Positions 10,128 to 18,430 of a DNA stretch of 64,000 bases are shown one piece after another; position 1 is the stretch's first letter; the number at the start of each line of letters is the position of its first letter. The DNA lies in IMG/VR virus record IMGVR_UViG_3300032323_002909, positions 32,001-96,000 of that record. The stretch is one strand, 5' to 3'. A program made the position numbers and the translations under genes. The notes under the pieces are model-generated. The model saw only the letters and a list, made by a program, of their open reading frames with translations. It was not told where the DNA came from and searched no databases. The stretch comes from a virus.

Positions 10128-11012
10128 TTACTTTTTAAACGTCATCGATTCGAGAGCGCTTAAATAAGGATCGTTTTCCTCTACTTTATTACTTACTCTT
10201 TCCGTAATAATTTTTTGAGTTTTTACAAAATCAGGCTTGTGTTTGCGGTTTTGTAGAGCTTGCTCCTTAATGATTTCCAATTGCTTCTTCTCTTGATTTT
10301 CAAAAAGACGCACGGTGTAATCAAAGTTTTCTTTGATAAATTTAAGAGATTTATCAGAAAGTGCTTTTTGGACGAAGTTTTTCTTCGACTCAGGGAACTT
10401 AGAAGTTTTAGCTTCGAGGAAAAGTTTAACTTGTGCGTTGTTCTTTTCTTCGGTAAGCAAGTTCAGATTGTTTTTAAGTTCAGCATTTTCTTTGCGAAGT
10501 TGATCCATTTCAGTTTTACCTTCAATGATTGCACCAGACAAAGATTTGTCCATGAGTGCATAGTCAATCGAGAATACTTTACGAAGATTTTCCAGAACTT
10601 TGAAAGCGGTTTTATTTTTAACAGCCGTTTCTAAATCTTTTTTGGGAAAAGACTCAACCAAGAATGTGTCGAGATATTCACTAATAGATTCAGTAAGTTG
10701 TTTTTTGAACTTTACAAGATCACCTTGTTGTTCTCTTTCATACTTTTTAACAACTTTAACAAGTTTAGCAGTCTTGTCTCTATCAAAAGCTTCCATGAGT
10801 TTTTTCATTTTCACAGTGCGGTCGTTATCAAGCGTGACCATGAGAGTTTTCAATTTTTCAGCATAAACTTCATCCTGTTCTAAAAGTGCTGATTCTACTG
10901 CTAGATCAATTTTACTTTCTAACGACTCTTGGATGGCTTTGACCGATTCATCGCTCAGACCCAAATTTTTTTGAATTTCTTCAGAGAAAAGATTCTGTTT
11001 GTTTTTCTTCAT
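10128..11012 (-). CDS. gp22: prohead core scaffold protein
   Basis: Coiled-coil, E/K-rich, SEYLD, C-terminal DPYLSAL; directly upstream of gp23. Confidence 0.8.
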   Translation of the reverse strand: MKKNKQNLFSEEIQKNLGLSDESVKAIQESLESKIDLAVESALLEQDEVYAEKLKTLMVTLDNDRTVKMKKLMEAFDRDKTAKLVKVVKKYEREQQGDLVKFKKQLTESISEYLDTFLVESFPKKDLETAVKNKTAFKVLENLRKVFSIDYALMDKSLSGAIIEGKTEMDQLRKENAELKNNLNLLTEEKNNAQVKLFLEAKTSKFPESKKNFVQKALSDKSLKFIKENFDYTVRLFENQEKKQLEIIKEQALQNRKHKPDFVKTQKIITERVSNKVEENDPYLSALESMTFKK

Positions 11013-11017
11013 AATAT

Positions 11018-11025
11018 TATTTATA
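11018..11025 (-). promoter_or_regulatory. T4-type late promoter TATAAATA, 5 nt upstream of gp22 ATG
   Basis: Exact T4 gp55 consensus; gp55 is encoded in the window. Confidence 0.8.
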
Positions 11026-11047
11026 GATTTAATGATATTTTTTTGAT

Positions 11048-11374
11048 TTAGAATAAAGGTTTTTCAATTTCCTGAGAAATTAATTTTTGAAGTTTATTAT
11101 TGATAATATTTGAAAGATGTTTTTGAGCATCCGCATGATGTTCGCCCAAAATACATTCAACGAATTTAAAAATTTCTGAAGATTCTTTCACGCATTTTTT
11201 GCCTGTCTTTTCTTCATTATCCATATCAGCATCTTTCTTACGTGCATAAGAACCTTTACCTTTTTTTGGTTTTTCGACTTTGGTTGCAGGTGCGAATCTT
11301 TTACGCTCCTTTACTTTAGGAGCTTTGATAGTCACCTTTCCATCTTTTTTAAGATCTTTGAATTTTTTATTCAT
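11048..11374 (-). CDS. gp67-like prohead core protein with N-terminal basic ArfA-like segment
   Basis: Lies between gp21 and gp22; C-half FVECILGEHHADAQKHLSNIINNKLQKLI resembles the gp67 helix; N-half contains VEKPKKGKGSYARK. Confidence 0.55.
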   Translation of the reverse strand: MNKKFKDLKKDGKVTIKAPKVKERKRFAPATKVEKPKKGKGSYARKKDADMDNEEKTGKKCVKESSEIFKFVECILGEHHADAQKHLSNIINNKLQKLISQEIEKPLF

Positions 11375-11390
11375 AATATTATTTATCTTA

Positions 11391-12053
11391 TTAAATCGAA
11401 TTTATGAAATTGATGATTTGTTGACGCAAATAATTATCCATATCTTTTCTTGGAAGTTTGCTAATACCTTTTTCAAAATTCTCATATACCTCTTCAAAAG
11501 AACCATCATGCTCGATGACGAAAGTTTTAGATTCCAAAATGCCATTCACAAATGCTTTTGGATAAGATGGATCTGCTACTGCATCGATAGCTACTAAGTG
11601 CATATTTTGCACGAGATTATAATCTCTATTTTCAGATAATTGACCAAGTGCTCTTGTTGACATACCAATTTTAACACCGTCATTTATAAGAGATCTTAAA
11701 ATTTGACCAGTTGGTGTAGATAAGACACGGGCTTTGCCTACAAAATAATCATCCACTTCAGTTAATTCTGTCACCAAATGACAAGCTCTTTCGAGATTAA
11801 CATCGGCACTAGCAGGGTGATTCAACTCCCCCATAGCTCTACCTGGAACAACCATTTCATTAATATATCTCTGAACTTCGCTTCTAGTATCATCCAACTT
11901 ATACATCCTTTTATTTTTGTTTACGATATTGCAACCAATAAATGGTCCTTTGACGTAAAGATTGGATGCGCTGTTTCTATTCGATTCCTCGCGAATAATT
12001 TCAAAGTTATCGAAAACGTCAGGATTTTCTGCTATCAGCTTTAATTTTAACAT
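11391..12053 (-). CDS. gp21: prohead protease
   Basis: NKNKRMY, AMGELNHP, TPTGQI, GMSTRALG, DAVADPS. Confidence 0.95.
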   Translation of the reverse strand: MLKLKLIAENPDVFDNFEIIREESNRNSASNLYVKGPFIGCNIVNKNKRMYKLDDTRSEVQRYINEMVVPGRAMGELNHPASADVNLERACHLVTELTEVDDYFVGKARVLSTPTGQILRSLINDGVKIGMSTRALGQLSENRDYNLVQNMHLVAIDAVADPSYPKAFVNGILESKTFVIEHDGSFEEVYENFEKGISKLPRKDMDNYLRQQIINFINSI

Positions 12054-12086
12054 ATTATTATTTAAGGTTATGTATGAAAAAATTCA

Positions 12087-12551
12087 CTAATTTAATTCTT
12101 TTTCGGTTATTATAATAAAATCCATATCATTTTTTTTCGCAAATTCTTTAGCATACTTCCATTTATCACAATTATTTCTCCAAGCTACTTGCTCATAAAG
12201 AAGATTTGATTTCTTTTTACCACGTGTCGCCTTGGGTTCTTGCGTTTGTTTATATGGTTTTACTTCTATCAAATATTTTTTTATATTAGATCCCTCTTTT
12301 ATTTTAACGTAGGCATCTATGAAATATTTTCGATTTTTATTTTGAACCGAATCAAAATATGGAATAGCGATTTCCTCACTATTCCATTCCAAAACATTTG
12401 AGTTATTATCAGCCCATCTAAACAATTTTAATTCCAAACCAGAACGATAAATTATATTATCTAATTTACCCACGTATTTTTGTGGAAATTTTGGATTGTA
12501 ATATCCCTGATAGAATTTTTTATTTCTTTTAGATAATCCTAAATTACCCAT
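12087..12551 (-). CDS. gp4: head completion nuclease (TnsA-like)
   Basis: PQKYVG..IIYRSGLE..W.SEE..IPY..YFID..IEVKP..KW..A..F.IITEKEL. Confidence 0.9.
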   Translation of the reverse strand: MGNLGLSKRNKKFYQGYYNPKFPQKYVGKLDNIIYRSGLELKLFRWADNNSNVLEWNSEEIAIPYFDSVQNKNRKYFIDAYVKIKEGSNIKKYLIEVKPYKQTQEPKATRGKKKSNLLYEQVAWRNNCDKWKYAKEFAKKNDMDFIIITEKELN

Positions 12552-12927
12552 TATTCAGATTAGTTTCAGTATCTGTGATTAATTCTGGAACTGGCTCAAC
12601 AATCTGTGGCAGTAGATCCATAAGCTCTTCCTGTGTCAACTCTTGAACATCAGGAATCAATCCTTCTTCAATAGCAGCAAGTAGTCTTAATGACCACAAT
12701 GCTGTATATGCTTTTCTGCCATCAACAAGATCAGTCAGAGAAGCTGTTTCGGGGAATCTTAAAGCCCTTAATCTTGTATGCTCTGAGTCATCCCATCCAC
12801 ACGCTATAGTTGTTACTGTTAAAAGCCCATCTGTTGCTTCTTCACCATACTGCTCATTGAGTGTTGGTAATTGTTCTATTAGTGCTTCTGGAAAAGCAAA
12901 TGTTTTAAATTCTGTTGAGTATTTCAT
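12544..12927 (-). CDS. hypothetical protein, last gene of fibre cluster (possible assembly chaperone)
   Basis: Acidic 127-aa ORF directly after the paralogue array. Confidence 0.55.
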   Translation of the reverse strand: MKYSTEFKTFAFPEALIEQLPTLNEQYGEEATDGLLTVTTIACGWDDSEHTRLRALRFPETASLTDLVDGRKAYTALWSLRLLAAIEEGLIPDVQELTQEELMDLLPQIVEPVPELITDTETNLNNG

Positions 12928-12957
12928 AATATTATTTTAGTCTGTTGTTTGGATATG

Positions 12958-13746
12958 TCAATATACCCACTGAAAAGAATTATCTTCAAATAGCGTTTTT
13001 CTCAATAATGTCTCCAATGATTTATAATCTGCTTGTTGGAAAATATTGTTGTTTATATGTATTAAAAATGCATTCATACCACTATCCAGATATGTATAAC
13101 TAGAACTTGTTGTTAGTCCTGTGAGTGTCTGTGTTGTTGTGCCATAGTTTAATCCGATTGTGTTAGGGTTTGACACATAACCTGTTGTATTACCAACAGC
13201 ATTTCTAGAGAATCCTGTAAAGGCTACAAAATCTCTATTATTGTTACCGCCTATATTACCACGAAAAACAACTCCACCTTTTACAGTATCAAAATAGGTA
13301 AACCAATCAGTATTAGCTGATACTGTACCACCTAGCCATGATCCAGCGTCAGAAAAATGACCAATTAAACGCTGATTAACTCTAGTAAACAAGCCACCAA
13401 CACAACACATAGTACCTGTAAAATTATTTGGTACATATGTCAAACTTGTAAAATTTATACTAGTAGTTATACCATTTGGTGTCCACCTTGAAGCGTTTGA
13501 AACAGTACCATTAAAAATACCTAGTCCACCTAAGCTATAAACAGTTGTACCTGCCCCAGCATTATGAATGCTTCTCATGGGGTAACAAACCATAGAATTC
13601 CACAATCCTAATTTTTTAATACCAATTACAAACTTATTAATCTGTCTCAAGTTTTCAGGTAATATAGTCTTACCGCTACCAGCTTTAACCCTAGCAGCAT
13701 AAGCAAGTGTATCGTTATCTAATCCGTATGTTCTTGTTCTTGGCAT
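12958..13746 (-). CDS. putative fibre/receptor-binding protein, paralogue 5
   Basis: Shared N-module YGL..T..Y..INKFVIGIKKLGLWNSMVCYPMRSIHN; variable beta-rich middle. Confidence 0.65.
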   Translation of the reverse strand: MPRTRTYGLDNDTLAYAARVKAGSGKTILPENLRQINKFVIGIKKLGLWNSMVCYPMRSIHNAGAGTTVYSLGGLGIFNGTVSNASRWTPNGITTSINFTSLTYVPNNFTGTMCCVGGLFTRVNQRLIGHFSDAGSWLGGTVSANTDWFTYFDTVKGGVVFRGNIGGNNNRDFVAFTGFSRNAVGNTTGYVSNPNTIGLNYGTTTQTLTGLTTSSSYTYLDSGMNAFLIHINNNIFQQADYKSLETLLRKTLFEDNSFQWVY

Positions 13747-13747
13747 A

Positions 13748-14563
13748 TTATGGTAGGTTTAGATTTTTACCGACTGTTTCTTTAATTAGTTTGTTAATAG
13801 AGAATACTTGTGAAGCAGAAAATCTTTTCTTTGCTATGAAGCACACACTAGCTGTTCCTATGTATCCACCGTTTCTAGTAAAAGATAATGTTATAGTTGC
13901 TGAGTTATAAGGTATAGTTGCAGCATTCGTGTTAGATGTTGCTGCTGATACACCATTTCTATATATTATCGTTCTTTCTCCAAGTCTACCTGTGTATATC
14001 CATGAATTGAACCCTGATAATGTATTTTCAGATAATGTAGCAAATGAACCAGCAAATCCAAATTCACCACCAAACCCAGTTCTAGGAGCAAACCAAATTA
14101 AAGAGTTACTAGATGAACCATCGACTCTCACTCCTGTTGCTAATAACCAGCCACCAACGTTACCTCCAGTAGTTGGCATAGTACCTATAAATCCTGCTGA
14201 TATTTCTGTCAAATCTACAACAAATCGTGGACCTGTCATACCAGCACCTAAAGGAAATATACACCCAGTATCACCACCAGTCACTGTTGCTGTGAATGTA
14301 CTAATTTGTTGGTTGTATTCAAAGTTTAGAGTTTTAAGAGGTACTACACGACGATCTGCTATTGAATTGTATTTGTTGCTATACAACCAAATTATCATAT
14401 CATTCCATACCCCTAAATCCTTCAACCCGATTACAAAGTTATCAATATCAACAGCATCAGAATTAGATATATCAGAAAGACCACTAGCCAATCTGTATAT
14501 ATTAACGATATTAAGATACCGCTTTGTATCAACATCAAATGTATATTTTCTTTCTGTTGGCAT
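13748..14563 (-). CDS. putative fibre/receptor-binding protein, paralogue 4
   Basis: IDNFVIGLKDLGVW module; IYRNG LamG-like strand; ends KETVGKNLNLP. Confidence 0.65.
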   Translation of the reverse strand: MPTERKYTFDVDTKRYLNIVNIYRLASGLSDISNSDAVDIDNFVIGLKDLGVWNDMIIWLYSNKYNSIADRRVVPLKTLNFEYNQQISTFTATVTGGDTGCIFPLGAGMTGPRFVVDLTEISAGFIGTMPTTGGNVGGWLLATGVRVDGSSSNSLIWFAPRTGFGGEFGFAGSFATLSENTLSGFNSWIYTGRLGERTIIYRNGVSAATSNTNAATIPYNSATITLSFTRNGGYIGTASVCFIAKKRFSASQVFSINKLIKETVGKNLNLP

Positions 14564-14564
14564 A

Positions 14565-15392
14565 TTATGGTAATCCTAATCCTTTACCGATTGTTGTTTT
14601 TAGTAAATTATATAATGCTGAATCTTGACTATCTGTAACTAAACTGTTTGATAAAAATACAAAGGAAGCTGTCAAGTTTAAAGCGACACCGTAACCACCA
14701 AATCTTACAAATCTAGGGTTAGAGCTATTCCAATCGCTTCCTGATGATGATTGATTTACTTGATTGGTATTAAGTGTAAATCTAGCTGTTGAGCCAGATG
14801 TGGGTCTTATAGAAAAGTAATGCCGACCAGTTCTAGTGACAGGCGTAGACGCACCCCCACCAGTGTTTGTAGAACTAAATGAGCTAACGCCAGGGGGCCA
14901 TAAATTTACATAAGTATTTATATTTTGTGCGCCAGTGCCACCTGAATTACCTATAGAAAATTGTCTACCACTTACATTAATTCCAGCAGTAAACCAATAC
15001 CCAGCGTTATTTCCTAAATCTGTAGCATTTTTTAACACTGCTCCGTAAGCAACTGGAGCTACACCGATATCTCTTATAGCTGTACTAAAAAGGTTACCAG
15101 AAGATGTAACCCTGGTAATACCTTCCGTACTCCATGTAGCAGAATCCAGTAAAGTAGCATCTGCTACCTGCCCACCACCCAAACTTAAAACTGTAGAGCT
15201 TCTCCCAATATTATGAATAGATCTCATAGGATAGCATACCATATTTTGCCATAGATTTAACTGCTTCAATCCCTTTACAAAATTATCTATATCTGCTACA
15301 TCAGTAGGAGCTAATTCTCTACCATAAGCATATAATCTTCTTAGATATTGCCTTGTCTCGTTTTGTAAGCCGTATGATTTTGATTGTATCAT
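14565..15392 (-). CDS. putative fibre/receptor-binding protein, paralogue 3
   Basis: IDNFVKGLKQLNLWQNMVCYPMRSIHN; ends KTTIGKGLGLP. Confidence 0.65.
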   Translation of the reverse strand: MIQSKSYGLQNETRQYLRRLYAYGRELAPTDVADIDNFVKGLKQLNLWQNMVCYPMRSIHNIGRSSTVLSLGGGQVADATLLDSATWSTEGITRVTSSGNLFSTAIRDIGVAPVAYGAVLKNATDLGNNAGYWFTAGINVSGRQFSIGNSGGTGAQNINTYVNLWPPGVSSFSSTNTGGGASTPVTRTGRHYFSIRPTSGSTARFTLNTNQVNQSSSGSDWNSSNPRFVRFGGYGVALNLTASFVFLSNSLVTDSQDSALYNLLKTTIGKGLGLP

Positions 15393-16228
15393 AAATTAAA
15401 TCTACTTCTCAAAAGGTTATAACTTGTTGTAAGTTCTGCTTGTGTTAATGCTCTATTATAAACTTTTAAGTTGTGTAGCCTCATAGATTGACTTGTCCCA
15501 TTTAGAATCCCGTTAAAACTTAGGTTAGAATTTGTAATAGGTGGTATGTAAGTCCTTCCTGTTTGACTTACCGACAAAACTCCATTGAGATGAACTGACG
15601 CTGTGTTTGTTGTTGTGTTATATGAGATTGTTAAGTTAACTGGTGATCCGTATGTTATTGAGTTTGTAGGAGTATTTAAACCAAAAACATTAGCAGTACC
15701 ACCTGGCACACTTTCACCATTCCAAAATGCAATGCTTCTATTTGATGGTGTAAATCCACATCTAAACCCTCGTGTTAGATACGCTTCATTGAAAAATAAC
15801 GAACTAGAAAATGGACCAGTTCCACTTAGTATAGTAACCCAACTATCAATAGTGAATGCTCCTGTTATACCATTGCTATTCCATGCTACTCCACCAGATT
15901 GACTGTTATTTAAAAAAATTGAACCACCATTGGAGTTATCATATTGAAGAGTTGATGGAAGAACAGCATTAAACGAACGATTTATTAAATTTTGGAAAGT
16001 TGTAGATACAAGTGGAAAGCTAGCAGGTATTGAAGCATCCATCCATATACTAGGTAAGAGTGAATATTCGATAAGCTGTGTTGGTGTCATCGACCAGTTG
16101 AAATTTTTTTGAGTTATGCAAAAATTATTAACTGTCTGAATAGGTACTGTTGGTGTAATACCTCTCACCTCACAAGCCTTCAGATATTCTTTCGTCTCTT
16201 TCTCTAAATTGTAATATCTTTTTGCCAT
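15389..16228 (-). CDS. LamG/concanavalin A-like lectin-domain virion protein, paralogue 2
   Basis: WMDAS.PASF, FTIDSWV, VHLNG, LKVYNRALTQAEL..YN..RSRF is a typical phage LamG domain; N-terminus YYNLEKETKEYL is shared with neighbours. Confidence 0.75.
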   Translation of the reverse strand: MAKRYYNLEKETKEYLKACEVRGITPTVPIQTVNNFCITQKNFNWSMTPTQLIEYSLLPSIWMDASIPASFPLVSTTFQNLINRSFNAVLPSTLQYDNSNGGSIFLNNSQSGGVAWNSNGITGAFTIDSWVTILSGTGPFSSSLFFNEAYLTRGFRCGFTPSNRSIAFWNGESVPGGTANVFGLNTPTNSITYGSPVNLTISYNTTTNTASVHLNGVLSVSQTGRTYIPPITNSNLSFNGILNGTSQSMRLHNLKVYNRALTQAELTTSYNLLRSRFNL

Positions 16229-16231
16229 ATA

Positions 16232-17194
16232 TTAGGGTAGTCCGAGGTTTGAGCCGAGGGTTGATTTTACTAAATTGTTTAAACTTGATATTTGAACGGC
16301 ATTGAGTGCTATATTGTTAAAGCAAGCACCAAAGCCTACATAGCCTTTTGAATGACCAAAACTATCTTGCACCCCATCATCCATAAACGTAAATCCTTGA
16401 TCAGATAGAATTGCAGGAGAACCAAAGGTGGAATTGCTATTTGCAAAAGATCCATTTTTGTATGCTAATAAAGCACCACTATTAAACACTAAAGCATGAG
16501 TATGGTATTTGTTATATTCAAGTAATGAATTGGTTTGGGACCATGTGGTAGTGCTAGAAGGATTTGTATCACCACACTCACTTTGATATTCAAACCCCCC
16601 AAACCCCATACCTCTAAAAGTACCAAATTGACCAAAACGAGTAGGTGCATTCCATGTTGTTATAAAGTGTCCGCGTTCTACAACAACAGATCCTGGCTCT
16701 GTTAAACCAGCTACAAATAATGTTTTTTGCCTGTAATTAGTTTGTGCTAAGTTACTTACAATCATTCTAGGTCTTGCTACACTGCCAGAAAAATATAATC
16801 CAGATATATCCCATGTTGGACTGTTTTGAGCGGTACCGTTAAATATCCCTAAGCCGCCCATACTGTAAACCGTGGTGCCAGTGCTAGCATTTTGATAATT
16901 TCTCATCGCCCAAGCTACCATATTCTGCCAAAGACCTAATGCCTTCACACCTCTTGTAAACCAAAGCACTTCACATCTACCTAAAGGATTAGTGACTCCT
17001 GCTCTAGCAAGATAAGCATCACCATCAGTATCATTAAATCCTAGACTAAATCTAGACCAATCGCCAGATCTCTTCAAGCTCTCAACTCTATCATTGATAG
17101 TTTTTACAGTAGACGGAGATACAATAATGCCATTCTCAGCCTGAAGGCGGTTGATATATGCTTTGACTTCATTTTGTATCCCATAGTATTTCAT
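16232..17194 (-). CDS. putative fibre/receptor-binding protein, paralogue 1 (duplicated N-module)
   Basis: ATG at 17194 overlaps the upstream TGA; YYGIQNEVKAY..; FTRGVKALGLWQNMVAWAMR; AYKNG; ends KSTLGSNLGLP. Confidence 0.65.
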   Translation of the reverse strand: MKYYGIQNEVKAYINRLQAENGIIVSPSTVKTINDRVESLKRSGDWSRFSLGFNDTDGDAYLARAGVTNPLGRCEVLWFTRGVKALGLWQNMVAWAMRNYQNASTGTTVYSMGGLGIFNGTAQNSPTWDISGLYFSGSVARPRMIVSNLAQTNYRQKTLFVAGLTEPGSVVVERGHFITTWNAPTRFGQFGTFRGMGFGGFEYQSECGDTNPSSTTTWSQTNSLLEYNKYHTHALVFNSGALLAYKNGSFANSNSTFGSPAILSDQGFTFMDDGVQDSFGHSKGYVGFGACFNNIALNAVQISSLNNLVKSTLGSNLGLP

Positions 17195-17934
17195 CAAACA
17201 CCTTCCCAAAAAATGTATTGTCCTGATAGTCCAGATAATGTATTAACTGAAACATCCCCCTTGTATCTATCATCAGAAAACTTCTCTCCTCTGCCATCAT
17301 ATGCTGCTGTTCCTGGATATAACATAAAGTTAAATGAGTTCTGGTTGCATCCTAGACCATATTTAACATATAGTGGTTGTGTTCCTAGATTTTGTCCGAA
17401 TAGTGTAATTCTATTTGAGTTAGCTGATAGCACCTGTGTACCTACACCTGTAAGAGCAGTACCTAGTGTTGCTCCAGTTAGGAAGTTGGAAACAGAACCA
17501 TAACCAATATCAAATGTAGTCACACTATCAATATCTTTATCCAAGTCTCCTTGTAGTGCCATCGCTCCTCCTGTCTGAGCATCAATAGTAATAAAGGCAT
17601 TTGTACCTGTTAAAGCAGGGACAGCAGATATAGAAGTGATAGGAGAGTATGATGTAGCATCAAAGTATCTTGCATAAACTGGTGCTGTTAAGTCATCAAC
17701 AAATATCTGAAGTCTATCTGTACTCAACATTGAAGTTGTTGTAGCACTCAGTGTAAGAACATTACCAGTTAAAAATCCACCTCTAGTTGGATCTGCAAAG
17801 TTATAAATTATAGAATTCCGTGTTACATTGGTGATCAATAGAATTTGATCCAGTGTAATATTTGGATAACTGGTAATCTGCACTCTACCTACAGGTGATG
17901 CAGAAAAGGAATATGATGTTGTTAAGGTCTTCAT
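17194..17934 (-). CDS. fibre-associated virion protein
   Basis: ILLITNVTRNSIIYNFADP and DRLQIFVD motifs typical of phage fibre proteins; late promoter. Confidence 0.6.
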   Translation of the reverse strand: MKTLTTSYSFSASPVGRVQITSYPNITLDQILLITNVTRNSIIYNFADPTRGGFLTGNVLTLSATTTSMLSTDRLQIFVDDLTAPVYARYFDATSYSPITSISAVPALTGTNAFITIDAQTGGAMALQGDLDKDIDSVTTFDIGYGSVSNFLTGATLGTALTGVGTQVLSANSNRITLFGQNLGTQPLYVKYGLGCNQNSFNFMLYPGTAAYDGRGEKFSDDRYKGDVSVNTLSGLSGQYIFWEGV

Positions 17935-17958
17935 TATCTTTTATTATTTAATTCGAAA

Positions 17959-18426
17959 TTATCCTACTGCAATAGCCATTGCTATAGCAAATGTTTCTGT
18001 TGATAGTTTTGATCCACTTGCAAATGCATCACCTGATGCACTTAAATTGCCTGATACTGTTAGGCGTTCATTAGGAGCGGACGTTCCGATACCAACATTG
18101 CCAATATTGTTAACTGCTATTCTAGTTGCTCCTGAAGTATTAAAAAAGATAGTACCACTATTAAAAATAATACCTGTTGTAGTATCCAGAGTATACAGGA
18201 GTCTATTTCCCCATATATCTCCAACAACATGAAGTGCAACAGATGGAGAAGCTGTACCTATACCAACTCTATTATTAACACTATCCACAACCAGTGTATT
18301 TGTATCAACTGTTAAATTGCCTGATACACTTACTGATTTGGTAAATGCAATACTAGCACCAGCATTCAGATTATTGAGTGCTGCATTAGCTGCTAGTGAG
18401 TTATTTGTGATTCTTGTTGTTGGCAT
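17959..18426 (-). CDS. short fibre protein
   Basis: NRVGIGTASPSVALHVVG and GNVGIGTSAPNERLTVSG fibre repeats; C-terminal FAIAMAIAVG. Confidence 0.7.
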   Translation of the reverse strand: MPTTRITNNSLAANAALNNLNAGASIAFTKSVSVSGNLTVDTNTLVVDSVNNRVGIGTASPSVALHVVGDIWGNRLLYTLDTTTGIIFNSGTIFFNTSGATRIAVNNIGNVGIGTSAPNERLTVSGNLSASGDAFASGSKLSTETFAIAMAIAVG

Positions 18427-18430
18427 AAAA

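Noticed and set aside
13929-14573. 214-aa plus-strand ORF and similar antisense ORFs across the fibre and GT regions
   Set aside because: Fully overlap better-supported genes on the opposite strand
12958-17194. Diversity-generating retroelement or invertase shufflon acting on the paralogue array
   Set aside because: No reverse transcriptase or recombinase, no adenine-specific TR/VR pair or inverted crossover repeats seen; all genes are full-length and co-oriented
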